Source: a virus. From it: DNA of 64,000 bases. The notes below the pieces were generated by a model. That model searched no databases and had not been told where the DNA came from. It saw nothing but the letters and a program-made list of their open reading frames with translations. The translations under genes and the position numbers were made by a program. The DNA lies in IMG/VR virus record IMGVR_UViG_3300034062_002027, one strand, 5' to 3'. Positions 17,331-25,443 of the stretch are shown piece by piece. How positions within the stretch are numbered: position 1 is the stretch's first letter; each line of letters starts with the position of its first letter.

Positions 17331-17546
17331 TCAATAGTCCATTGCTTGGCGAATGTCACGAATCCGCATCTTCAAAAGCGGAGCCAAGTCCTGCTTGCTC
17401 TGTTGCAATCGCTCAATCTCAGCCTGAAGATGACGAATTTTAATGTCAATGTTTTCTTCAACGGTTGGGTTTACATCTACTGCGCTAATTTGGTTTGCGT
17501 AGTGCCGATGTTTTTCTTGCATTGCGTACAGTTGTTGTTCAACCAT
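17331..17546 (-). CDS. hypothetical coiled-coil protein (71 aa)
   Basis: ORF-track ORF with a heptad-like sequence, on the same strand as its neighbours. Confidence 0.5.
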   Translation of the reverse strand: MVEQQLYAMQEKHRHYANQISAVDVNPTVEENIDIKIRHLQAEIERLQQSKQDLAPLLKMRIRDIRQAMDY

Positions 17547-17561
17547 GTCTTCTCCTGTTGG

Positions 17562-17711
17562 TTAAAAGCAGTTGGTGGTGCAGTTGCTGCCGTAGCAGCA
17601 AGTCGTGCAAGTCACAAACCGACCGTTCATGGTGTAGCTGTGGGTGGTGCAAGATGCCCACGCCATGGTGGCGAGGGTGGCGATGTAAACACCGATGATT
17701 GCTTTCTTCAT
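17562..17711 (-). CDS. small secreted cysteine-rich peptide (49 aa, below ORF-track cutoff)
   Basis: Hand translation MKKAIIGVYIATLATMAWASCTTHSYTMNGRFVTCTTCCYGSNCTTNCF. It has a signal-peptide-like N-terminus ending AWA and 6 Cys in the last 30 aa. TTGGAGAA RBS. Confidence 0.5.
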   Translation of the reverse strand: MKKAIIGVYIATLATMAWASCTTHSYTMNGRFVTCTTCCYGSNCTTNCF

Positions 17712-17725
17712 TTCAGTTCTCCAAT

Positions 17726-17932
17726 TTAAGGGCGGGGTGGTGCGGGGTTGATGAAAGAGCCAACATAGTTGCCCCTTGGTTGGTCAAAGAAGACACGATC
17801 CTTGAGGCTGCTCTCGGTGTGGAACAGGTCTGGGCGCTCCTCATGAACTCTGCGGATGGTTGCATCCAAGATTGAAGTCTTGGCGGCAAACTTCAAATTG
17901 TTTTGCAATTGAATTGGCAAAAGGGAGTGCAT
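17726..17932 (-). CDS. hypothetical protein (68 aa)
   Basis: ORF-track ORF, tightly spaced with its neighbours. Confidence 0.45.
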   Translation of the reverse strand: MHSLLPIQLQNNLKFAAKTSILDATIRRVHEERPDLFHTESSLKDRVFFDQPRGNYVGSFINPAPPRP

Positions 17933-17935
17933 GGT

Positions 17936-18151
17936 TTAACTCTCCAAGTTGAGTTCAGATTGATCGGGGTCACGGTAGTTCTCCACTGTAATGCCAGCAG
18001 ACACCGCCTCAACGATGTCATCCTGCGTTGCCTTGCGGACAACAAACAAGCTGTTGGCTACATGGGACAAAGCTTGCTGTCGGTTTGTGGAACGCACCAG
18101 ACGGACATTGTTGCCCGGAGTGCCGATAAAGTAAATACGAACGTTGCTCAT
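17936..18151 (-). CDS. hypothetical protein (71 aa)
   Basis: Internal ATG at 18151 (MSNVRIYFIG...) with an AAGGAAAACC RBS. The longer track ORF would overlap the upstream gene. Confidence 0.5.
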   Translation of the reverse strand: MSNVRIYFIGTPGNNVRLVRSTNRQQALSHVANSLFVVRKATQDDIVEAVSAGITVENYRDPDQSELNLES

Positions 18152-18159
18152 GGTTTTCC

Positions 18160-18393
18160 TTAAGTTGAAGTGCCTTGCGGCTCTTGGTGTGATTGGTTGA
18201 TCTGCGTCACCTTTTTTTGTATCTCCCTGTAGATTTCTTTGAACCTCTTCTCGTCTATCTGCCAGTGTCTGTTCGCCGCCAAGATGTCCGATGCCTCCCT
18301 CTTGGTCAGCCATATCAATGGCTTCCTCTTCCTGTATTCGAGGTGATCCCGTAACTCTTGCGTGACCGCCTTGTAGTATTCCTCAGAGGGCAT
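18160..18393 (-). CDS. hypothetical protein (77 aa), possible DNA-binding
   Basis: Start at MPSEEYY (AAGGA RBS). The segment WLTKREASDILAANRHW looks HTH-like. Confidence 0.4.
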   Translation of the reverse strand: MPSEEYYKAVTQELRDHLEYRKRKPLIWLTKREASDILAANRHWQIDEKRFKEIYREIQKKVTQINQSHQEPQGTST

Positions 18394-18868
18394 TTCTATC
18401 CTTGATACGCCGGATGGATAATTTCCACCCAAAGACCCCCTACCCCACGGGATGTGAGGCGAGGGGAAGGTTCCACCCCTGCAAAGCAGGATCATCATGT
18501 TACGGATTGTCCGTATACCCTCGGCTTGATGATGCGACCAGCCGCACGGATTATTCGGGAACTGCCCCCTAGACCAAGGTCATACCGTGTCGCGGTTTTC
18601 TTCCGAGCGGCCCCACTTGCGGCCCCTGCTGTCGTGCGGAGTACGGAAGGCGTGGAAAGTACAGACGAAAAAAAGCCGCTTGCAACTGCGATCCCGGTAG
18701 CAACCTTGCCTAATACCTCTCAACAGAGCATTAGGAAAGGCGGAATCGCATGTGTAAGCGGCCTCAATTTTTCGTTACTTGCTACGGCAACAGCTTCACT
18801 GTATCACAGCTTTTTGGAACTTGCAATAAAAGATTGCGAACGTTCTTAGGGGTTTACCCTATACATGT

Positions 18869-18943
18869 TGGTTGCGGAGGACGGACTCGCACCGTCGATC
18901 TTCTGGTTATGAGCCAGACGGATTACTTCTTTCCCACCCCGCA
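18869..18943 (-). tRNA. tRNA-like gene, anticodon CAT (Met or Ile2), with non-canonical D and T loops
   Basis: Hand-folded cloverleaf:
- Acceptor TGCGGGG/CTCCGCA, including one G-U pair.
- D stem GGA/TCC.
- Anticodon stem TCTGG/CCAGA with loop CTCATAA.
- Variable loop AGATC.
- T stem GACGG/CCGTC with loop TGCGAGT.
- Discriminator A plus an encoded CCA.
U8, A14, G15:C48, U33 and G53:C61 are present, but G19 and T55 are not. Confidence 0.6.
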
Positions 18944-19064
18944 GTTAAAGTTTAAACGATGGTGGCTCAGCCTGCAAGCTCATCTGGTGAGCCTGCGTGC
19001 AAGCCTGCGTGCCTTTCGTGTAAACTGCACTGGCGGGAACCTCCCCCCGCAGTTGCTTCTCCTT

Positions 19065-19499
19065 TTAGCCCCGGCCCTTGCGCTGGGGCTTCTTTTTTGG
19101 GGCAACCTCTTCTATCTTCTCGATCATGATCTCTGCCCGAGGGTTCTCAGGATCAAGGCCCCAGTACGCATGGCGCTCTTTGACCTGACGGTCGTTCTCA
19201 TATATCAGTCCCTGCATCAGGTCGAGGATCAGCGTCTCGTCCAAGTCAGGTCTGCGGCTTGCGTAATAGATATGCAGCGTCACCCGAAGGTCGCCGGTCA
19301 TAAGGCAGGCGAGCGGCCTGCATTGCTGTTTAAACACATCTGAGTAGTTGAGCGCCTTTTCGGACTTGATGAGCCGGGACACCCCGCCGAAACGTACCAT
19401 CCTGCGACTGTTGCTTTTTGATGCTGGCTCACCAAAAATAATTTGCACTAGGGCTTGCAATTCTGTTGTATCATCACTATTATTGAGTTTCTCAGTCAT
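19065..19499 (-). CDS. rusA: RusA-family Holliday junction resolvase
   Basis: FGEPASKSNSRRMV...LHIYYASRRPDLDETLILDLMQGLIYENDRQV matches the RusA layout. Confidence 0.7.
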   Translation of the reverse strand: MTEKLNNSDDTTELQALVQIIFGEPASKSNSRRMVRFGGVSRLIKSEKALNYSDVFKQQCRPLACLMTGDLRVTLHIYYASRRPDLDETLILDLMQGLIYENDRQVKERHAYWGLDPENPRAEIMIEKIEEVAPKKKPQRKGRG

Positions 19500-19519
19500 A
19501 CAAACCTTTTGGAGATGTA

Positions 19520-20377
19520 ATGGAAGTTACGAACGTTCATGGTGTACCAGAGCCTCTGGTCACCCTCGCAAAGCGGGAATACTACAGCAAGGGGGACTCG
19601 CAGTACAGCGTTACTGAGATCATGTCTCCCCCGAAGATTCGCAGGATGCGGGAAAAATACAACGACCAGATCAAGCAGGACGCAAGCGATATGTTGTGGA
19701 CTCTGCTTGGCTCTGCCCTCCACGTTGTGATGGAGAGGGGCGAGACACCCGGGTGGCTCAAGGAAGAGCGCATCTTTACGGAGGTCAATGGGGTCAAGAT
19801 CAGCGGGGCGATTGACCTGCAAGAGGAAACGCCCGAGGGCGTGATCATCCACGACTACAAGTTCACCTCTGCATGGGCAGTCATGCAAGAGAAGGAAGAG
19901 TGGACTCAGCAACTCAACATCTACAAATGGCTGGTGGAGACCGTCAAGCGCAAGAAGGTGGTGGGCCTGAAGATTTGCGCCTTGGTGCGGGACTTCAACA
20001 GGCATGACCGTAAGGAAGGCTACCCAGCCGCTCCCATCGCCATGGTGGACGTTCCTATGTGGGACAGCGTACAGACCGAGACGTATATACGGGAGCGTCT
20101 GGAGATGCACCGTGAGGCCAAGATGAGGGCGGACTTTGGGGAAGACCTCCAGAACTGCTCCAACGAGGAACGCTGGATGTCGGAAACGACATTCGCTGTG
20201 AAGAGGGAGGGCAGGAAGACTGCCATCCGTGTGTTTAAAACCATCGAAGAAGCCAGCACATTAGCTGAGAAGGAGAAGGGCTATGTCGAGACAAGACTTG
20301 GAGAAGCACGGCGCTGTGCCGGGAACTACTGCGGTGTCTCGCAGTGGTGCGACCAGTACCAGAAAGAGCTTTCGTGA
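19520..20377 (+). CDS. PD-(D/E)xK nuclease, Cas4/RecB-like with C-terminal Cys cluster
   Basis: Motifs GSALH and GAIDLQEE...IIHDYKF, plus the C-terminal RRCAGNYCGVSQWC. Confidence 0.7.
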   Translation: MEVTNVHGVPEPLVTLAKREYYSKGDSQYSVTEIMSPPKIRRMREKYNDQIKQDASDMLWTLLGSALHVVMERGETPGWLKEERIFTEVNGVKISGAIDLQEETPEGVIIHDYKFTSAWAVMQEKEEWTQQLNIYKWLVETVKRKKVVGLKICALVRDFNRHDRKEGYPAAPIAMVDVPMWDSVQTETYIRERLEMHREAKMRADFGEDLQNCSNEERWMSETTFAVKREGRKTAIRVFKTIEEASTLAEKEKGYVETRLGEARRCAGNYCGVSQWCDQYQKELS

Positions 20378-20663
20378 AAAGAAAGAGGCTTGGTGGGCTT
20401 GGCACAAGGAGAACCCTCAGGTGTGGGTTCTGTTCCAGAGGTTCTCGCTCGAAGCCATAGCCCATAGACACAAGAAGATTAGCCACTGGCTGATCATCAA
20501 CCGAATCAGATGGGAGACAGCCATCGTTACAACCGGAGGAGATTTCAAAATATCAAATGATTACATTGCTTTTTACGCCCGTCTTTGGAAAGCAAAGTAC
20601 CCCGAACACAAAGACTTGTTTAACACGAAACGAATGATTGGAGAGATACATGAGCCAGATTGA
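20283..20663 (+). CDS. conserved-looking hypothetical protein; start uncertain
   Basis: The ORF overlaps the 3' end of the nuclease gene by 95 nt. In-frame GTGs at 20316 and 20334 are alternative starts. The Trp-rich core is AWWAWHKENPQVWVLFQRF...IRWETA. Confidence 0.45.
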   Translation: MSRQDLEKHGAVPGTTAVSRSGATSTRKSFREKKEAWWAWHKENPQVWVLFQRFSLEAIAHRHKKISHWLIINRIRWETAIVTTGGDFKISNDYIAFYARLWKAKYPEHKDLFNTKRMIGEIHEPD

Positions 20664-21318
20664 ACTCTTGAAGCTGAACGTCAACGAGCACGTTGAGAAG
20701 AAGCAAAACCTGTCTTACCTGTCATGGGCATGGGCATGGGCAGAAGCCTTGAAGGCCGACCCTGCCGCCACCTTTGAGGTCAAGACGTTCAAGCATGACG
20801 CTTACACGGAAGTGCCGTACATGGCAGTCAATGGAACTGCGATGGTCTGGGTCACCGTCACCGTATTTGGGAAGGCCATGACTTGCTTCCTGCCCGTCAT
20901 GGATCACCGCAACAAACCCATCCAGAACCCTGACGCATTTCAGGTCAACACAGCCATCATGCGATGCATGGTCAAGGGGCTGGCACTGCACGGATTAGGG
21001 CTCTATATCTATGCGGGTGAGGACTTGCCTCAAGTCGAAGAAACAGCGCCTGTAATCGTCAAGGCGCTCACTCCAGACGGCACTGCGATGGCAGATGTTC
21101 AGGTCAACACCGGACAGGCAGATGCCAATGCCGAATTGTTTGCCGAAGGGATGATGACCTACACAAACCATTGCACTGATGTCAAAGGTTTAAACAGTTA
21201 CTGGAAAGCCAATCAAGGGCAGCTTGATGGTCTCAAAGTAAGCCACCCTGATCTTTATGGTCAGGTTCGTAACCGCTTCGCAGAACTCAAGAAGCAACTC
21301 ACGGAGAAAGCAGAATGA
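20650..21318 (+). CDS. Rad52-like single-strand annealing protein (Sak/DUF1071 type)
   Basis: LSYLSWAWAWAEALKADP...LPVMDHRNKPI...RCMVKGLALHGLGLYIYAGEDLP. GGAGAG RBS before ATG 20650. Confidence 0.7.
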   Translation: MSQIELLKLNVNEHVEKKQNLSYLSWAWAWAEALKADPAATFEVKTFKHDAYTEVPYMAVNGTAMVWVTVTVFGKAMTCFLPVMDHRNKPIQNPDAFQVNTAIMRCMVKGLALHGLGLYIYAGEDLPQVEETAPVIVKALTPDGTAMADVQVNTGQADANAELFAEGMMTYTNHCTDVKGLNSYWKANQGQLDGLKVSHPDLYGQVRNRFAELKKQLTEKAE

Positions 21319-21635
21319 CCTACCAAACCAAAGCACCCGAGTACAAGCCGTACCCCGACAGCGGCTCCCTGCGCTCATCGACATCCAAGAAGGGGCCAAA
21401 GTCTCCCGACTACTGGGGGAACATTGCCATCAACCTGAAGGACATGACCAACATTAAAACGGAAGACGGTTTGACCATCGTTAAGCTGTCTGGCTGGAAG
21501 AAGGTCGGCAAGGATGGCAAGACCTATCTGTCCATCGGCGTTGACCGCTTTGTGCCAGAGCAAAAGAATGGCGGCTATACCGCCCCAGCCACCCGCCAAG
21601 AAGATGACTTTGGCGATTCTGATGTCCCATTTTGA
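21315..21635 (+). CDS. small SSB-like protein with bacterial-SSB-type acidic tail
   Basis: 106 aa. The C-terminal tip DDFGDSDVPF resembles the SSB tail DDDIPF. It is coupled (ATGA) to the annealase gene. Confidence 0.5.
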   Translation: MTYQTKAPEYKPYPDSGSLRSSTSKKGPKSPDYWGNIAINLKDMTNIKTEDGLTIVKLSGWKKVGKDGKTYLSIGVDRFVPEQKNGGYTAPATRQEDDFGDSDVPF

Positions 21636-21645
21636 GGAAAGCAAC

Positions 21646-22017
21646 ATGACTTTAAAAGCAAAGATTCTTGAGCACAAGAAAAACAACCCTGAGGCCACCG
21701 TTGCAGAGATTGCAACGCTCCTCAACACCTCCAAGACTTACGTCTACCAGACCATCATGGATTACAAGACGCCTATGAGGCCAAAACCCGTTAAGGCGGA
21801 GAAAAAGGAAGCGGCTCCAACGGTGGCTCAGTTGACCAACCAGATTAGTTTTTTGGAGAAACAAATTCTCACCCTCAGAAGCGATGTCTATGAGCAGGAG
21901 GCTGTTGCCAAAGCCTTGAGGTTGCAAAACCGTGGTCTCTCAAATGTGATCACTTATCTTGAGAGCAAGTTGGGTATCGATGAAATCGATGCACGGCTCG
22001 AGGCCACAAGGGACTAA
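21646..22017 (+). CDS. HTH DNA-binding protein with C-terminal coiled coil
   Basis: ATVAEIATLLNTSKTYVYQTI is HTH-like. GAGGAAA RBS before ATG 21646. Confidence 0.55.
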   Translation: MTLKAKILEHKKNNPEATVAEIATLLNTSKTYVYQTIMDYKTPMRPKPVKAEKKEAAPTVAQLTNQISFLEKQILTLRSDVYEQEAVAKALRLQNRGLSNVITYLESKLGIDEIDARLEATRD

Positions 22018-22018
22018 C

Positions 22019-22411
22019 GTGGCACTTCAGTTTGAAGCCCGTAAGGTGGCGTTGAAACAAGACCGCACAGGTTTTGTCTTGACGCTGGCGATCCACCCCG
22101 ACGAGTGCCCAGAAGAGATTCTGCGTGACTTCGTTGGGGCGCGATACGGTTGTGCTCTGGTGCGGATTCAAGATGACGAGTCCGCCACTCAGTACAACAA
22201 CAGGGTTCAGAAGGCAGGGATGCTCTGCCGGGAACCCAAGTTCCATGACCTCCTTGAGGTCAGCAGTGAAGCAGAGGCTGCGCTTGAGTTGTGTAAACGA
22301 TGCGGCATAGAGAGCCGCACGGAGCTTCACGGGAACGAGGTTGCCAAGCAGTTGTTTGATGATCTTGTCAAAGAATACGAAGATTACAAATGGCCGGACG
22401 ATCCGTTTTAA
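22019..22411 (+). CDS. hypothetical protein (130 aa), GTG start
   Basis: GTG at 22019 lies 1 nt after the upstream stop, with AAGGGA upstream. The ATGs at 21959, 21980 and 21989 would overlap the previous gene. Confidence 0.45.
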   Translation: MALQFEARKVALKQDRTGFVLTLAIHPDECPEEILRDFVGARYGCALVRIQDDESATQYNNRVQKAGMLCREPKFHDLLEVSSEAEAALELCKRCGIESRTELHGNEVAKQLFDDLVKEYEDYKWPDDPF

Positions 22412-22421
22412 GGGAAAGAAA

Positions 22422-22745
22422 ATGACATTCAGTACAAACTACAAACCGTTCATGACGTACCTGACGCCCAAGGACATCATCAGGTTGAAGCGGTTTTCTA
22501 AGACCGCCAAGACGCCGATGAGCCAGATTGTCAGAGATGCCTTGAGTGCCAAGCTGGCATCTGGCGATCCTTACACCAGCGGGTTCAATGATGGCTTAAA
22601 GAAGGCAGTAGACGTTGTCTCTGGTATCCAAGCTGCGCAGATGAGGTTTCCCTCGGGGCTGTCGTTTGCGGAGCTGGTAGACCAAGAGGTATGCAAACAT
22701 GAAATCCTTTCAGGAGGTCATCATGCGTCTGACGGGGAATCGTAA
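22422..22745 (+). CDS. ribbon-helix-helix (CopG/Arc-like) protein
   Basis: MTYLTPKDIIRLKRFSKTAKTPMSQIVRDALSAKL fits an RHH N-terminus. AAGGGAAAG RBS. Confidence 0.5.
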   Translation: MTFSTNYKPFMTYLTPKDIIRLKRFSKTAKTPMSQIVRDALSAKLASGDPYTSGFNDGLKKAVDVVSGIQAAQMRFPSGLSFAELVDQEVCKHEILSGGHHASDGES

Positions 22746-22959
22746 TCAATGCCAAGGGTGCAAGCAGTACTTCAACAGCACCACAGCATTTGACATGCAT
22801 AGGACTGGAGAGCACGGCGTTGATCGTCGTTGCAGGACAACCGACGAGATGACCGCACTCGGGATGCTTGTTAATCATGCGGGGTTTTGGATAACGGAGA
22901 AATATGATGGAAACATGGACAGCCGATCACCTGAGCAATCAGAGCCCAACGAGGGTTGA
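22723..22959 (+). CDS. C2H2-type zinc-finger protein
   Basis: CQGCKQYFNSTTAFDMHRTGEH. AGGAGG lies 6 nt upstream of ATG 22723; the alternative start is at 22699. Confidence 0.5.
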   Translation: MRLTGNRNQCQGCKQYFNSTTAFDMHRTGEHGVDRRCRTTDEMTALGMLVNHAGFWITEKYDGNMDSRSPEQSEPNEG

Positions 22960-23104
22960 ACCCACGCGCCGCATAAGCGATCCAAAGTTTAAATGGCGGG
23001 ACCCGTCAAAGACTGATGTGCAACGAACATGGCGCAAGGCAAGACTGCTACTGCGTTTAAATGGAGAAGCCTATGAAAGCCGTGCTCGAGTTCAACTATC
23101 CTGA
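22904..23104 (+). CDS. hypothetical protein (66 aa), doubtful
   Basis: GGAG RBS, but the ORF overlaps both neighbours (56 and 32 nt). Confidence 0.3.
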   Translation: MMETWTADHLSNQSPTRVEPTRRISDPKFKWRDPSKTDVQRTWRKARLLLRLNGEAYESRARVQLS

Positions 23105-23258
23105 AGACGAGAACAAGCTGGAGCATGCGCTAAAAGGCACTGCCTACCACGAGGCGTTAACCGCTATCGACACCATCCTGACTGCTCCATTTACAAAAGC
23201 AGAAGCACACAGCAGGGTCAGGAAGATCATTGCACAAGTACTAGGAGAAGCACCATGA
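23073..23258 (+). CDS. hypothetical protein (61 aa)
   Basis: GGAGAAGCC RBS before ATG 23073. Confidence 0.5.
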   Translation: MKAVLEFNYPEDENKLEHALKGTAYHEALTAIDTILTAPFTKAEAHSRVRKIIAQVLGEAP

Positions 23259-23395
23259 AAGCATTGTTTGAATACATCAAGAAGTTGTTCACCCGTGTGC
23301 CACCAGTTGTTGTGGACGAGCACTGCCCCTACTGCATGGGCCTTGGCTATGACAGCAGTGGGTTTACATGTAGCTGTTTGAGGGAGAAGAAATGA
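23255..23395 (+). CDS. small Cys-rich protein (46 aa, below ORF-track cutoff)
   Basis: Hand translation MKALFEYIKKLFTRVPPVVVDEHCPYCMGLGYDSSGFTCSCLREKK. ATGA overlaps at both ends and a GGAG RBS. Confidence 0.45.
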   Translation: MKALFEYIKKLFTRVPPVVVDEHCPYCMGLGYDSSGFTCSCLREKK

Positions 23396-23754
23396 AAACC
23401 ACGATAGACATGGCCCGAGAAGTCAAGATGCCCTATGACTTTGTGACGGGTGAGCCAATCAACCTTGAAAAACTCAAAGCCTTTGAAGCCCTTGTTCGTG
23501 CTGATGAGCGCATGAGTTTTTATGGGCAAGACAAGCCAGCAGAATGCGCCGATGGTTGCCCACCAAACCAGATTTGTGATTACTGCCAAGTGGTTGCATC
23601 TGTTAAGGCAATGATCCTTGCCGAGCGTGAGGCGTGTGCAAAGGTGTGTTCTGACCTTGTTCCTGATATGTCGCGCACAGCAAATGACGCATCCGTTTGG
23701 GATGTTGCCACATTTGATTGCGCCGCCGCCATCCGAGCAAGGGGGAACACATGA
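23392..23754 (+). CDS. hypothetical protein (120 aa)
   Basis: ORF-track ORF within the coupled gene chain. Confidence 0.55.
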   Translation: MKTTIDMAREVKMPYDFVTGEPINLEKLKAFEALVRADERMSFYGQDKPAECADGCPPNQICDYCQVVASVKAMILAEREACAKVCSDLVPDMSRTANDASVWDVATFDCAAAIRARGNT

Positions 23755-24329
23755 AAGACGAAGCACTACGCATGGCGCTGGAGGCGTTGGAATGGATTTC
23801 CAATTTAGAAACAGGTCGCTTCATTCGCCAAAAAGCAACGGAGCCAATTGCCGCCATCAAGCAAGCCCTTGCAGCACCTGTGCAGCCTGTAAAGCCATCC
23901 CTGTGGGAGCAATACCATGCAGCACAGCCAGCACCTGTGCAGGAGCCTGAGTCGTTTGAGCAATGGAATGCCAAGCAGCACGGCGACCCGGAGGAAATCG
24001 GATTCCTGCAAGCCTTGCGAATTGCGTATTGCTCTGGGCAAGACAGCGTGATGAAAGCTACCCCACCCGCACAACCAGCACCTGTGCAGCCTGTGGCGTG
24101 GGGCGTTTTTGAGGGCGGCAACCTACACGACATGTTTTTTACTAGAGAGGAGGCAGACAACATGGCGCACCTCAAAGGCTTACATGCAGAGATCAGGCCA
24201 CTCACCACCCCACCCGCAGCACAGCCAGCCGTGCCCGATGCGTTTGGAACGCGAGAGGGTGAGCATCCCCAATACATCCAAGGCTGGAACGATTGCAGGG
24301 CAGAGATGTTGAGGGGGATGAAACCGTGA
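23751..24329 (+). CDS. hypothetical protein with AQPAPVQ repeats (192 aa)
   Basis: Internal ATG at 23751 overlaps the previous stop. The motif (A)AQPAPVQ(E/P) occurs twice exactly (AAQPAPVQEP, PAQPAPVQPV), with two looser variants (LAAPVQPV, AAQPAVPD). Confidence 0.5.
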   Translation: MKDEALRMALEALEWISNLETGRFIRQKATEPIAAIKQALAAPVQPVKPSLWEQYHAAQPAPVQEPESFEQWNAKQHGDPEEIGFLQALRIAYCSGQDSVMKATPPAQPAPVQPVAWGVFEGGNLHDMFFTREEADNMAHLKGLHAEIRPLTTPPAAQPAVPDAFGTREGEHPQYIQGWNDCRAEMLRGMKP

Positions 24330-24562
24330 CCCCGAAACAAGAACAAGCCTTGCGAGAATATTTGCGTGAGGCTGTCGTGCCGCTGATCGAAGATGTGCTG
24401 GCTAAAAAGCTGGGGCAAGCCATGACGTTTGCAAAAGAAGAACTTACTCAGCCTAAACGTGAGTGGCAAGGCCTGACAGAAGATGAACGCGATACGATTT
24501 TGAGATCAGAAAGCAGCATCTTTGAAATGACCGAAGCTATTTTGAAAGCGAAAAACACATGA
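24326..24562 (+). CDS. hypothetical protein (78 aa), GTG start
   Basis: GTGA overlap with the upstream stop, and GAGGGGGA upstream. Confidence 0.45.
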   Translation: MTPKQEQALREYLREAVVPLIEDVLAKKLGQAMTFAKEELTQPKREWQGLTEDERDTILRSESSIFEMTEAILKAKNT

Positions 24563-24750
24563 CCCCCGAAGAACGTGAGAAGGCCATCAAGCGCAAGCCA
24601 TGGAAGTTCTGCCGCAAGTGCAAGTGCGACATAAAGTCGCCAACGCAATACTGCTATGACTGCTACAAGGGTCATAACTTTACCGCCAGCCCCTACGGGC
24701 TTATCAACGCCAACAAAGCGTTCAAATTCGTACCTTCGGAGAACAGATGA
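24559..24750 (+). CDS. zinc-ribbon protein (63 aa)
   Basis: CRKCKC...YCYDC. ATGA coupling. Confidence 0.5.
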   Translation: MTPEEREKAIKRKPWKFCRKCKCDIKSPTQYCYDCYKGHNFTASPYGLINANKAFKFVPSENR

Positions 24751-25019
24751 TGACCGACATGGAAATACTGCAATTAGCAGATCAGTGTGGCGTCGTTGCC
24801 GTGACCAAACACGAGTGGGATGGGAAAAAATTCAACCATACCAATGACCAATTGGACGGGGATGGCGCGGCTTTAATTGTTTTTGCAAGACAGTTGATTC
24901 AACGCCAGTGGATCGGCCTCACGGATGAGGAAGTGGGTGATTTGTCTGATTTTGCTTACGCCAACGATGAAGAGTTTGTGCGCAATGTAGAAGCCAGGAT
25001 TAAGGAGAAGCAAGCATGA
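24747..25019 (+). CDS. hypothetical protein (90 aa)
   Basis: ATGA coupling at both ends. Confidence 0.5.
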   Translation: MMTDMEILQLADQCGVVAVTKHEWDGKKFNHTNDQLDGDGAALIVFARQLIQRQWIGLTDEEVGDLSDFAYANDEEFVRNVEARIKEKQA

Positions 25020-25261
25020 CCCTTGAGGAGCTGCAAAAGATTCCGCTGCAATACACCTTCGGCTACAGCGCCGAGGGCCATGCCCTGCGCCAGTACATCA
25101 GCGATGACAACCTGATTGCCAAGCAGGTCTACACCCCTCGGAACAAGAAGACGGGCGAGTGGGGCAACGGCGAGACTACGTTTAAGCTGACAGACACCAA
25201 CGAAGAGTTCGACACCCTCCAAGGGCTGTTGGACGCCATCAACGCAAGGGAGAAGGCATGA
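25016..25261 (+). CDS. hypothetical protein (81 aa)
   Basis: ATGA coupling at both ends. Confidence 0.5.
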   Translation: MTLEELQKIPLQYTFGYSAEGHALRQYISDDNLIAKQVYTPRNKKTGEWGNGETTFKLTDTNEEFDTLQGLLDAINAREKA

Positions 25262-25443
25262 AAGAAGATGACGACGACATTCAAGACTACGTGACCGCAA
25301 GGGACAGGATTCTGGCGACAACGATGCGTCAAGTTGTACGCAACGAGACTCTGGAGGAGGTTGCCCGAGAGTTTGACAAGATGAAGTCTCTTGGTGACAC
25401 CGCCGCATCCTTTGCGGCATATGTGAGGAACATGAAGAAATGA
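25258..25443 (+). CDS. hypothetical protein (61 aa)
   Basis: ATGA coupling at both ends. Confidence 0.45.
   Translation: MKEDDDDIQDYVTARDRILATTMRQVVRNETLEEVAREFDKMKSLGDTAASFAAYVRNMKK

Noticed and set aside
18869-18943. tRNA-like sequence as an attP core or prophage junction.
   Set aside because: The full cloverleaf is present rather than a 3' fragment. No integrase or excisionase gene was recognised, and both flanks are phage genes.
18454-19343. Plus-strand ORFs of 131 and 197 aa across the untranslated island.
   Set aside because: They run opposite to all neighbouring genes, span the tRNA-like gene and the rusA coding region, and have no RBS.
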